Assembly (NCBI GenBank): GCA_041664285.1
Contig: JBAYLA010000001.1
Coordinates: 227-64,226, forward strand
Source of the DNA: Minisyncoccota bacterium
GTDB taxonomy: Bacteria > Patescibacteriota > Minisyncoccia > Phycocordibacterales > UBA9973
Length of the DNA stretch: 64,000 nt
Direction: 5' to 3'
Positions within the stretch are counted from its first letter, which is position 1. Each line of letters begins with the position of its first letter. A model generated the notes under the pieces. That model searched no databases. It saw only the letters and a list, made by a program, of their open reading frames with translations, and was not told where the DNA came from. Positions 10,080-19,105 of this stretch are shown piece by piece. Position numbers and translations under genes: made by a program.

Positions 10080-11186
10080 ATGATAACTGAAATAACGAAT
10101 AATCCAGAAGTAAAAGCCCTACCAGAATTTGATAATCATCATGCTGTTTTTCTTTTAGAAAATAAGGATATTGGTTTTAGGGGATATATTTCTATTCATA
10201 GAAAAAATCCAGCACTTCCATCTTTCGGAGCAACCAGAATGTGGTCATATGAAACTGACATTGATGGACTTAGAGACTCTTTGCGTCTTTCTAGAATGAT
10301 GTCATATAAGGCTGCTTTAGCAGGGCTTGGTTGTGGTGGAGCTAAAGGAGTTATCATAGCCAGCACCCTTGATTCTAATAGGGAGAAATTTTTACGGGAA
10401 TATTCTCGTAATGTTGATCTTCTTCAGGGGAAATTTATTACTGGCACTGATGTTGGTTTACAACAAGAAGATTTAACTATCATGAAAGAAGAAACTCCCT
10501 ACATCGTCGGCTTTAATGATAATTCTGTTGAATTTACTACTCTCGGTATTTTTAATTCAATAAGTGTTTGCCTGCAAAAGGTATTCGGAACAGACGATGT
10601 TTCAAAACGAAGTTTCGCGATTCAAGGTTTGGGCAACATAGGTTCTTCTTTAATAAAATTCCTTTGGAGTTTAGGATGTAGAAATATATATGCTTCTGAT
10701 GTTAACCCAGAAAAAATAAAAATAATAAAAGAACAATTTCCAGAAATTATAATTGTTGATCCAAAAAAAATACACCAAAAAGCAGTAGATGTATTTTCTC
10801 CCTGTGCGTTGAGTGGAATCATTAATGAAAAAACAGTTAAAGAGTTTAACTGTAAAATTATTGCGGGCGGGGCAAACAATCAAATTGTAAAAGAATCTCT
10901 TGGTACTGATCTTCTTGAAAAAAATATTTTGTATGCACCTGACTACATAACAAATGCGGGAGGGCTTATTAGTGTTTTTGACGAATACAGTAATAAAATA
11001 TATAACAGAGAAATAGTAACTGCAAAAGTGTTAGAGATTAAAAATGTTTTAAATAAAGTTTTCACAATTAGTGATCAAAGTGGAAGACCTACAAATATCA
11101 TTGCAAATGAATTTGCGGAGAAAATTTTTAATAGTTTCAATAAATCTTTATGGGATCTCTCGTTCATAAAAAAACTCTTAAAATAG
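10080..11186 (+). CDS. Leu/Phe/Val amino-acid dehydrogenase
   Basis: GATRM, MSYKAALAGL..GGAKGVI, TGTDVG, IQGLGNIG, SPCAL, GGANNQ, YAPDYITNAGG. Confidence 0.92.
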   Translation: MITEITNNPEVKALPEFDNHHAVFLLENKDIGFRGYISIHRKNPALPSFGATRMWSYETDIDGLRDSLRLSRMMSYKAALAGLGCGGAKGVIIASTLDSNREKFLREYSRNVDLLQGKFITGTDVGLQQEDLTIMKEETPYIVGFNDNSVEFTTLGIFNSISVCLQKVFGTDDVSKRSFAIQGLGNIGSSLIKFLWSLGCRNIYASDVNPEKIKIIKEQFPEIIIVDPKKIHQKAVDVFSPCALSGIINEKTVKEFNCKIIAGGANNQIVKESLGTDLLEKNILYAPDYITNAGGLISVFDEYSNKIYNREIVTAKVLEIKNVLNKVFTISDQSGRPTNIIANEFAEKIFNSFNKSLWDLSFIKKLLK

Positions 11187-12655
11187 AAAAATTACTTAAG
11201 GAAAAAAAGGAATCTTTTTGGATTAAACGTGGAGAAAAATCAGTGCTTGAATGTTTTAAAGAAGCAAAACAAATTCCAGCCTATAAAGATTTTTTAAAAA
11301 GAGAAAATTACAAAATACCTGCCATTAAAACAATTTTAGATTTTAAATTATTGCCGATGCCAAGCAAGAGCAATTATCTTCGCTCTTATCCTTTTGACAA
11401 ACTTTTTATAAAAAATCAATTTGTGGATATCCCTCGTGTTTTTTCTGCAACATCTGGTTCAACTGGAGAACCATTTTATTTTCCTCGAACTGAAATACAA
11501 GACAAGCAATATCAAATTTATGCGGAACTTTATTTAAGAAATAATTTCAATATACATAAAAAGAAAACCTTATATATTGATGCTTTTCCGATGGGTCCAT
11601 GGATTGGTGGAGTTTTTACCTATGAAGTAATTACACGAATTGCTCGTGAATCACAATATCCCTTAAGTATCATCACTACGGGCATTGATACTGCCTCAAT
11701 TATAAAAACAGTAAAAAAAATGGGTCAATATTATGATCAAATTATTATTGGGGCATATGGTCCGTTTACAAAAGATATTCTTGATACAGGAATAGATGAA
11801 GGAATTAACTGGAGACAGTACAATATTAAATTCATATTTTCCGCCGAAGCATTTCCCGAATCTTTTCGAGATTATGTTGGTAATATTGTCGGTAGTAAAA
11901 ATATTTTTTTAGACACACTTAATCACTATGGAACAGTTGACCTCGGCACAATGTCATATGAAACACCCATTTGTATTTTAATAAGAAAATTAGCTGAAAA
12001 AAATAAGTTTCTGTATAAAAAAATATTTGGGGATACAATAAAAATACCCACCTTAACTCAATATTTACCGGAATTATTTTATTTTGAGTCAGTTAATGGA
12101 AATCTTTATTGCACAAGTGAAAGTGCAATTCCACTTATAAGATATAATCTTGAAGATAGGGGAAATGTTATTGGTTTCAATGAAATGAAATCCATTTTTA
12201 AAGAGGTTAATATTGATCTTTTAAAAGAAGCTCAAAAGTGCAACATACAAGAGAGTATCTGGGAATTGCCTTTTGTCTATGTGTTTGAAAGAAGTGACTT
12301 TTCCGTAAGTTATTATGCTTTTCAAGTTTATCCTGGTCCTATCAGAAAAATACTTCTTCAGAAAGATGTTCAAAAAAAAGTTACCGGAAAGTTTACTATG
12401 GAATCGGGTTTTTCATGGAAGCAAAACCCTCAACTTGTTGTTAGTATTGAACTCAAAAAAAATATTTTACCGTCTAAACAACTTTCAAAGAATATTACGA
12501 AACTTGTACATAATCAATTATTGAAAACTCACTCAGAATACAGAGAAACAGTGAATCACTTTGGGACAAAGGCGCATGTTTCTGTTATACTTTTAGAAAA
12601 TGGAAACCAAGAACACTTTAAATCTGGAACAAAACAAAAATGGATAAAAAAATAA
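11150..12655 (+). CDS. PaaK/phenylacetate-CoA ligase-like adenylate-forming enzyme
   Basis: ATSGSTGEP P-loop, HYGTVD, PLIRYNLED.G, ERSD; overlaps upstream gene by 37 nt. Confidence 0.85.
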   Translation: MGSLVHKKTLKIEKLLKEKKESFWIKRGEKSVLECFKEAKQIPAYKDFLKRENYKIPAIKTILDFKLLPMPSKSNYLRSYPFDKLFIKNQFVDIPRVFSATSGSTGEPFYFPRTEIQDKQYQIYAELYLRNNFNIHKKKTLYIDAFPMGPWIGGVFTYEVITRIARESQYPLSIITTGIDTASIIKTVKKMGQYYDQIIIGAYGPFTKDILDTGIDEGINWRQYNIKFIFSAEAFPESFRDYVGNIVGSKNIFLDTLNHYGTVDLGTMSYETPICILIRKLAEKNKFLYKKIFGDTIKIPTLTQYLPELFYFESVNGNLYCTSESAIPLIRYNLEDRGNVIGFNEMKSIFKEVNIDLLKEAQKCNIQESIWELPFVYVFERSDFSVSYYAFQVYPGPIRKILLQKDVQKKVTGKFTMESGFSWKQNPQLVVSIELKKNILPSKQLSKNITKLVHNQLLKTHSEYRETVNHFGTKAHVSVILLENGNQEHFKSGTKQKWIKK

Positions 12656-13710
12656 AAGAAATACTTGAATACGGCGTGATGGCTCCTTCGGGTGATAATT
12701 CTCAACCGTGGAAATTTGTTATTTCTGATACGATACTTAAAATATATAATTTACCTGATAAAGATAATCCATATTTAAATTTTATGCAAAGTGGTTCTCT
12801 AGTTGCGCATGGTGCGTTACTAAAGAACATAGAAATAGCTTCATCAAAAGTAGGGCTAATATCAAAAATAAAATTGTTTCCATCATCGAATGACCCTAAT
12901 CTTATATCGGAAATATCCTTTGAAAACACGTCTCCAGCACAACAGATAGACCCCTTGTTTGAATTTATTTCTAAAAGAGTAACAAATAGACGACCTTATG
13001 AGAATAAAAAATTTTCTGAAAAAGAGAAAGTTCTTCTTGAAGAAGCTGGTGTTTTTGGGGACGTAGGATTACATTTTATAATCGATCCTGAAAATAAAAA
13101 ACGTGCTGGAGCTGCAAGCAGTATGGTTGAAATAATTATCTTGGAAAATAAATTATTGCATAGCTATCTCTTTAAAGATGTTATGTGGTCTGAAAAACAA
13201 GAAAGAAAAGAGAAGCATGGTCTTTATATAAAAACTATGGAATTTAATCCTATACAAAAATTTCTTTTTAAATTAGCTAGTAATAAACTATTAATGCATA
13301 TTGCTGTCAAACTTCATTTTTCTTATTTTATTGCAAAACAAGATGCTTTATTGTATGCAAGCGGTTCTACTATGTGCTTGTTCACTTTAAAAAAAATATC
13401 TTTAGAAAATTTTGTTAAGCTTGGAATGAAAATGCAAGAAATATGGCTCAAGGCAACATCTCTTGGGCTTGCATCCCAGCCAGTCACTGCAATTTTATTT
13501 TTAGGTTTCAAATTACAAAATGACCAAAATGATCAAATATTAAGTCAGAAACATAAAAATATTGCTTTTGAATCGTGCAAAAATATATTTTCTGCATTCA
13601 GCCTTAATTCAGAAGAAATACCTTTTATAATGTTTCGTATTGGTCATGCAAAAGATCCTTCAGCCCGTAGTAGTAGAAAAGAACCAATTATAAAAATAGA
13701 AAATAAATGA
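12640..13710 (+). CDS. Nitroreductase-fold (Acg/TyzC-like) flavin oxidoreductase
   Basis: APSGDNSQPWKF, RVTNRRPY, G..MQ.IWL.AT.LGLA.QP, FRIG; overlaps upstream gene by 16 nt. Confidence 0.85.
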   Translation: MDKKIKEILEYGVMAPSGDNSQPWKFVISDTILKIYNLPDKDNPYLNFMQSGSLVAHGALLKNIEIASSKVGLISKIKLFPSSNDPNLISEISFENTSPAQQIDPLFEFISKRVTNRRPYENKKFSEKEKVLLEEAGVFGDVGLHFIIDPENKKRAGAASSMVEIIILENKLLHSYLFKDVMWSEKQERKEKHGLYIKTMEFNPIQKFLFKLASNKLLMHIAVKLHFSYFIAKQDALLYASGSTMCLFTLKKISLENFVKLGMKMQEIWLKATSLGLASQPVTAILFLGFKLQNDQNDQILSQKHKNIAFESCKNIFSAFSLNSEEIPFIMFRIGHAKDPSARSSRKEPIIKIENK

Positions 13711-13735
13711 GTTTTAGGTTATAATAAGAAAAATT

Positions 13736-15364
13736 ATGAATGTAATAGAAAATTTAGATATTTTATCAGTTGCTATAGCGGTTGCAGGTACTTTCATCCT
13801 TGGGTTTACCGTATTTTTTACCGACAAAAAAAGTATTACAAATAAAACATTCCTTTTATTTTCAATAATTACAGGGATATGGGGGTTGGCTAACTTTTTT
13901 GGGTATAGACTTACAGATCACAATATCGCGTTTTTATTATTGAGATTGGTTATGTTTTTAGCGGTATTGCAATCCTTATCTATTTTTCAGCTTTTTTATG
14001 TTTTTCCAAATGCAACAATAATTTTCCCTAAAATATATAAATACTTTTTTATGCCACTGATGTTGTTAGTAGCGTTAATATCAGCATCTCCGTTAGTTCT
14101 TTCTAGTATAAAAGAAGTATCAGAAATAGGAAATATAACAAAAATAACCAATGGTCCAGCCATTCCTCTTTTTGGAATTGTAAGCATTGGTTTGGTAATT
14201 TCAGCTCTTTACATATTTATACGAAATCTTCGTCAGACAAAAAACAGACAACTCGGAGTATACATAGAAATACTTATTGGCACAGCTCTCATGTTTGGAT
14301 TAATCATAACTTTTAATTTTATATTTCCTGCAATTTTTGAGAACTCAAAATATTTGCCTTTGGGCGCACTATTTACTTTTCCGTTTGTTATTTTTACAAC
14401 TTATGCAATATTATACCACCATCTTTTCAATATAAAAGTTGTTTCAACAGCTACTCTTGTTTTTCTTTTATCAATTATTTTATTCCTTGAAATAATATAT
14501 GCCGATTCCATTACACTTATTCTTTTTAGAAGCAGTATATTTTTATTGGTACTTGTCTTTGGTATTAATCTTATTCGTAGTGTCATGAAAGAAGTTAAGC
14601 AGCGTGAACAATTGGAAATCATGACCGGACAACTTGAGGTTGCAAATGATGATTTGAAAAATTTACTTAAACAAAGGGAAAGTTTGGTGCACTTGGTTAC
14701 TCACAAGGTGAAAGGATCTTTTACTCGTTCTAAATATATTTTTGCCGGATTACTTGATGGAACTTTTGGTGAGATAAGTCCCGTGGTAAAAAAGTATGCC
14801 GAACAAGGTTTGGAATCAGATAATGGGGGGATTCAAACAGTTGATTTAGTTTTGAGTGCTTCTAATTTGAGTAGTGGAACAGTAACATACGACATGAAGC
14901 CTCTTGATTTTAAGGAAATAATTTTGAAAGTTTTAGCTGATAAAAAAATTCAAGCTGAAGCCAAAGGTCTTCAAATGGAAAATATTATTCATGAAGATAA
15001 AGATGATGTTTATAATGTTTTGGGTGATGATTCTTGGCTTAAAGAGGCGGTTAATAATTTAATTGATAATTCTATTAAATATACAAAAGAAGGGAAGATA
15101 ACTGCTGAGCTCCATGATGGTAATGGTTTGGTTAAATTTTCTATTAAAGATACAGGTGTAGGTATTACAGAAGAAGACAAAAAACATTTATTTACTGAAG
15201 GTGGACGAGGTAAAGATTCTGTTAAAATAAATGTGGATAGTACTGGTTATGGTCTCTATTCTGTTAAATTAATCATCGAAGCTCATAAAGGACGTGTTTG
15301 GGCAGAATCAGAAGGGACAGGGAAAGGTTCTACTTTCTATATTGAGTTGCCGGCTACAAAATAG
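13736..15364 (+). CDS. Membrane sensor histidine kinase with 7TM-type N-terminal domain
   Basis: Multiple TM helices, coiled coil, H-box THKVKG, NLIDNSIKYT, DTGVGI, GYGLY, GKGSTF. Confidence 0.92.
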   Translation: MNVIENLDILSVAIAVAGTFILGFTVFFTDKKSITNKTFLLFSIITGIWGLANFFGYRLTDHNIAFLLLRLVMFLAVLQSLSIFQLFYVFPNATIIFPKIYKYFFMPLMLLVALISASPLVLSSIKEVSEIGNITKITNGPAIPLFGIVSIGLVISALYIFIRNLRQTKNRQLGVYIEILIGTALMFGLIITFNFIFPAIFENSKYLPLGALFTFPFVIFTTYAILYHHLFNIKVVSTATLVFLLSIILFLEIIYADSITLILFRSSIFLLVLVFGINLIRSVMKEVKQREQLEIMTGQLEVANDDLKNLLKQRESLVHLVTHKVKGSFTRSKYIFAGLLDGTFGEISPVVKKYAEQGLESDNGGIQTVDLVLSASNLSSGTVTYDMKPLDFKEIILKVLADKKIQAEAKGLQMENIIHEDKDDVYNVLGDDSWLKEAVNNLIDNSIKYTKEGKITAELHDGNGLVKFSIKDTGVGITEEDKKHLFTEGGRGKDSVKINVDSTGYGLYSVKLIIEAHKGRVWAESEGTGKGSTFYIELPATK

Positions 15365-15526
15365 GTAAAAACATAACTTTAAACCCCTTCAAAAGCCATG
15401 TTTCTGAACTATTTTTGAAACTTCGTCTTGTCTTATTTTCTTTTATGTGTTTAGAATAATTTTCTCTTAAAAATGCTTAAGAAATTGAGTTATCCACTGT
15501 ACATTAGATGACCGTTTTCGTGTATA

Positions 15527-16099
15527 ATGGTCTTCATGGACGCAAACGAAAAAAATTATTTCAAATTTACCGCAGCCCTAATTTTATGTTTACTTATCCG
15601 ACTTATTCCTTTTCGTGCTCCAAATATTGAGCCCATTTTAGCGACCTTAATGCCTTTTAGTAAAGTTTATGGAGCGTTTGTTGGGTTCTTTTTTGCTGTT
15701 TTAAGTATTTTACTTTACGATGTTATAACTGGGACACTAGGAATTCAAACTTTTTTTACTACTTTAGCTTATGGAATAATTGGTTTCTGGTCTGCTAATT
15801 ATTTTACGAAAAACAAAGCAGATAAATGGGGTTATGTGCGTTTTGCAATTTTAGGCACACTCTTTTTTGATGCATTTACTGGGCTGACTGTTGGTCCTAT
15901 GTTTTTTCATCAATCATTTATTGGATCTTTGATTGGACAAATCCCATTTACTTTTTTCCATTTACTTGGTAATGTTGTTCTTGCTTATACATTGAGTCCC
16001 GTTATTTATAATTTTTTGATTAAGAAAAAGATTCATCCGCCGTTAAGTAGGGAAAAGACATTAATCCCTGTCCTTAGTAGTACTCTTAATTCTAAATAA
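15527..16099 (+). CDS. ECF-type S component, probable cobalamin uptake (CbrT/BtuM-like)
   Basis: Hydrophobic ~190 aa, 'RLIPFRAPNIEPI', C-terminal 'PFTFFHLLGN'; context with NrdJ and PduO. Confidence 0.65.
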   Translation: MVFMDANEKNYFKFTAALILCLLIRLIPFRAPNIEPILATLMPFSKVYGAFVGFFFAVLSILLYDVITGTLGIQTFFTTLAYGIIGFWSANYFTKNKADKWGYVRFAILGTLFFDAFTGLTVGPMFFHQSFIGSLIGQIPFTFFHLLGNVVLAYTLSPVIYNFLIKKKIHPPLSREKTLIPVLSSTLNSK

Positions 16100-16108
16100 T
16101 TTAAAAAT

Positions 16109-18403
16109 ATGAAAAAAGCAGAAAAAATTTTAAAAAGTGAATTGAAAAAAATTAAATCAATTCGTAGAAGAACTGGAGAAGTCGTTCCTTTAGATTTAGA
16201 AAGAGTTGCTCGAGCTGTTTTTAGAGCTTTTGAGGTAACAGAGGAAGGAGGAGAGTCAGAATCTCATACAATAGCTAATCATGTTTTTAAAAATCTTTTA
16301 AAGCTTCAATCTGAGTTAACATCTGTCCATAAGGGCGCAAAATTTTTACCAACAGTTGAAATGGTTCAAGATTTAGTGGAAAAAGAGTTGATGAAAAATA
16401 GTTTTACCGAGACTGCTAAAAAATATATTCTTTATCGTAACAAACGTTCAGAACTTAGAGCAGTTTTCGGACCTGTATCAGAAACAGTGAGAGTAGCCGT
16501 AGAAGAATCTAGTAAATATTTTTATAGTCCTTATTCAGAATATATTTTTTATCAGTTTTATTCAAGGTGGGTTCCAGAATTAGGTCGCAGAGAGACTTGG
16601 GTTGAGGCTGTTGATCGTTACATGGATTATATGAAGGAAAATCTTGGGAACAAACTCACAGTCAAAGAATATGCTGATGTTCGAGAAGCCATCTTAAAGC
16701 AAGATATTTGCCCATCTATGCGTCTTTTGTGGTCTTCGGGGCGTGCATGTCGAAATTCAAATGTTTGGGCTTATAACTGTTCTTATATTGCTCCTACCTG
16801 TACTCAAGATTTAGGAGAAATTATGTATATTTCCATGTGTGGGGCAGGATTAGGTTTTGCGGTTGAGTGGGAGAATGTTCAACAATTTCCACAAATTAAA
16901 AAACAAGGAAAAGAAAAGCCAACTGTTCACGTTGTGGCAGATAGTAAAGAAGGTTGGGCGGATGCTTTTGTGTTTGGTTTGAATTCTTGGTTTGATGGTA
17001 AAGATGTAAAATTTGATTATTCACGTATTCGACCAGCTGGTGCGCGATTAGAAGTTGCTGGTGGAAGAGCTTCTGGGCCTCAGCCCCTGATGGATCTTAT
17101 GGAATTTGCTAGACGTAAAATTTTAGCTAAACAAGGTCGCCGACTTTCTAACTTAGATATGCATGACATCATTTGTCAGATTGGGATGATTGTGGTGGCA
17201 GGTGGAGTACGACGTAGCGCTCTTATTTCTCTTTCTGAATTAGAAGATACAGAAATGCGAGATGCGAAGAAGGGACAATTTTATTTAACTGAAGGACAGC
17301 GTAGTATGGCAAATAATTCTGCTGTTTATAATTCTAAACCTTCGGCTGAAGAATTTTTAAACGAATGGACTGCTCTAGTAAAGTCTAAGTCTGGAGAGCG
17401 TGGAATTTTTAATCGAGGTGGACTAGAGAAGCAAGTACCAGCACGTCGTTGGGCGGCTATTAAAGATGAAAGACAAATGGGAATGAATCCTTGTGGAGAA
17501 ATTTATTTGCGTTCTAGACAATTTTGTAATTTAACTAGTATCGTAATTCGCCCGAAGGACACAGCTGAAACATTGAAAAGAAAAATGGAATTGGCAACCT
17601 TACTTGGAACTTATCAATCTACCTTAACCAATTTTGGCTATCTATCAAAAAAATGGAAAGAAAATTGCGAAAATGAAAGATTGCTCGGAGTGTCCCTAAC
17701 TGGTTATTACGATAATCAAATTATTCGAGACGATAAAGTGCTCGATACTCTTCGAATTGATTCTATTGAAACAAATAAAAAGTACGCTAAGCGTTTTGGG
17801 ATCAATCCTTCTACCGCTATCACTTGCGTAAAACCTCATGGTAATTCTGGACAGCTTTTGGGTGTTGGTTCAGGTATGCATCCTTGGTATGCTCCATATT
17901 TTATCCGTCGAGTGCGTATTTCTCATACTGATACATTACTTCAAATGGCTCGGGATCAGGGTGTGCCGTGTTTACCAGAAGTTGGTCAATCTGAAGCGTT
18001 AGCCACTACTTTTGTTTTAGAATTTCCAGTCAAGGCACCAGAAGGAGCAATTTTTAAAGATGAAGTTTCTGCCTTGGATTTAATCAAGGAATGGAAAAGG
18101 CTTAAAGAGCATTTCGTGGAACATAATCCATCAGCTACTATTTATGTTGGGCCAGAAGAGTGGCTCGCTGTTGGTAACTTTGTTTATGAAAATTGGGATT
18201 CTATTGGCGGACTTTCTTTTCTTCCACGATCAGAACACGTTTATCAACTAGCTCCTTATGAGGCAATTACAAAAGAAGAATACGAAAGAAGAACAAAAGC
18301 TATTGGTAAAATTGATTTTTCTAAACTTTCTCAATATGAAGCAACAGACAATACTACTGGAGCCAAAGAATTTGCTTGTGTTTCGGGTGTTTGTGAGATT
18401 TAA
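16109..18403 (+). CDS. nrdJ: Adenosylcobalamin-dependent ribonucleotide reductase (class II) with N-terminal ATP-cone
   Basis: ATP-cone, RRETW.E, PSMR, NCS, ASGP.PL, GGVRRSA, NPCGEI, C-terminal CVSGVCEI. Confidence 0.93.
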   Translation: MKKAEKILKSELKKIKSIRRRTGEVVPLDLERVARAVFRAFEVTEEGGESESHTIANHVFKNLLKLQSELTSVHKGAKFLPTVEMVQDLVEKELMKNSFTETAKKYILYRNKRSELRAVFGPVSETVRVAVEESSKYFYSPYSEYIFYQFYSRWVPELGRRETWVEAVDRYMDYMKENLGNKLTVKEYADVREAILKQDICPSMRLLWSSGRACRNSNVWAYNCSYIAPTCTQDLGEIMYISMCGAGLGFAVEWENVQQFPQIKKQGKEKPTVHVVADSKEGWADAFVFGLNSWFDGKDVKFDYSRIRPAGARLEVAGGRASGPQPLMDLMEFARRKILAKQGRRLSNLDMHDIICQIGMIVVAGGVRRSALISLSELEDTEMRDAKKGQFYLTEGQRSMANNSAVYNSKPSAEEFLNEWTALVKSKSGERGIFNRGGLEKQVPARRWAAIKDERQMGMNPCGEIYLRSRQFCNLTSIVIRPKDTAETLKRKMELATLLGTYQSTLTNFGYLSKKWKENCENERLLGVSLTGYYDNQIIRDDKVLDTLRIDSIETNKKYAKRFGINPSTAITCVKPHGNSGQLLGVGSGMHPWYAPYFIRRVRISHTDTLLQMARDQGVPCLPEVGQSEALATTFVLEFPVKAPEGAIFKDEVSALDLIKEWKRLKEHFVEHNPSATIYVGPEEWLAVGNFVYENWDSIGGLSFLPRSEHVYQLAPYEAITKEEYERRTKAIGKIDFSKLSQYEATDNTTGAKEFACVSGVCEI

Positions 18404-18406
18404 GGA

Positions 18407-18538
18407 ATGCTGCTAGATTTTTAAAATACAAACTTTTCTTCGGTACGAATTTTTTTTGGTGAAAAAAATTCTGAAGTTCTCGGCTCGACAGCCTACGAAA
18501 CCCCTGCGAAAAGTTGTATTATAAAAATTTAGCAGCAT
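18407..18538. repeat. ~130-bp element with ~31-bp terminal inverted repeats (MITE/REP-like)
   Basis: ATGCTGCTAGATTTTTAAAATACAAACTTTTC ... GAAAAGTTGTATTATAAAAATTTAGCAGCAT plus an internal GAATTTTTTTT/AAAAAAATTC hairpin. Confidence 0.75.
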
Positions 18539-18547
18539 ACAAAAACT

Positions 18548-19105
18548 ATGTTATATACAAAAAAAGGAGACAAAGGTATGACTAAAACTTTTGGATGCGA
18601 TCAAAGTATTTCCAAGAGTTCGATAGTGGCAGAAGCCTTAGGCGCACTAGATGAAACTAATTCTTTTTTAGGTTTAGCTCGGGCTAGAACAAAAGAAAAG
18701 ACTTTTGAAATTAAGGGTGAAAAAATAAATTTTTCCGATCTTATTTTAGAGATTCAACAAAATTTATTTATAGTACAAGCAGAGATTGCTGGAGCAACTT
18801 TGTCTATCGACATAGAAAAAGTAAATAGAATTGAAAAAATAGTTAATGAAATTGAAAAAATTTTACCACCAATTAAGAATTTTTTTATCAGTGGTGCAAC
18901 TAAAGACGGAGCAGTGTTAGATATTGGGAGAACTTTATCTCGAAAGGCTGAAAGACGAGTAGTGGCAGTAAAAGAAGAAGGGTTAGTAGATGTGAGTGAT
19001 GAAACCTTGTCCTATTTAAACAGACTTTCGAGCTTGCTTTATGCATTAGCTAGAATAGCGAGTCATCTAGATGGTGAGGAAGAAATTAAACCAGACTATA
19101 AATAA
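18548..19105 (+). CDS. PduO-type ATP:cob(I)alamin adenosyltransferase
   Basis: YTKKGDKG.T, GALDETNS.LG, RKAERR, YLNRLSS. Confidence 0.92.
   Translation: MLYTKKGDKGMTKTFGCDQSISKSSIVAEALGALDETNSFLGLARARTKEKTFEIKGEKINFSDLILEIQQNLFIVQAEIAGATLSIDIEKVNRIEKIVNEIEKILPPIKNFFISGATKDGAVLDIGRTLSRKAERRVVAVKEEGLVDVSDETLSYLNRLSSLLYALARIASHLDGEEEIKPDYK

Noticed and set aside
8991-13710. RiPP (microcin C/TOMM-type) interpretation of ThiF + nitroreductase
   Set aside because: No YcaO, no RRE and no convincing precursor peptide; the only short ORF nearby looks like a DMT fragment, and ThiF motifs fit the Rv1355c type
15365-18547. Cobalamin riboswitch upstream of the S-component or in the nrdJ-pduO spacer
   Set aside because: No recognisable B12-box elements (GGGAA, GCCACTG) in either intergenic region
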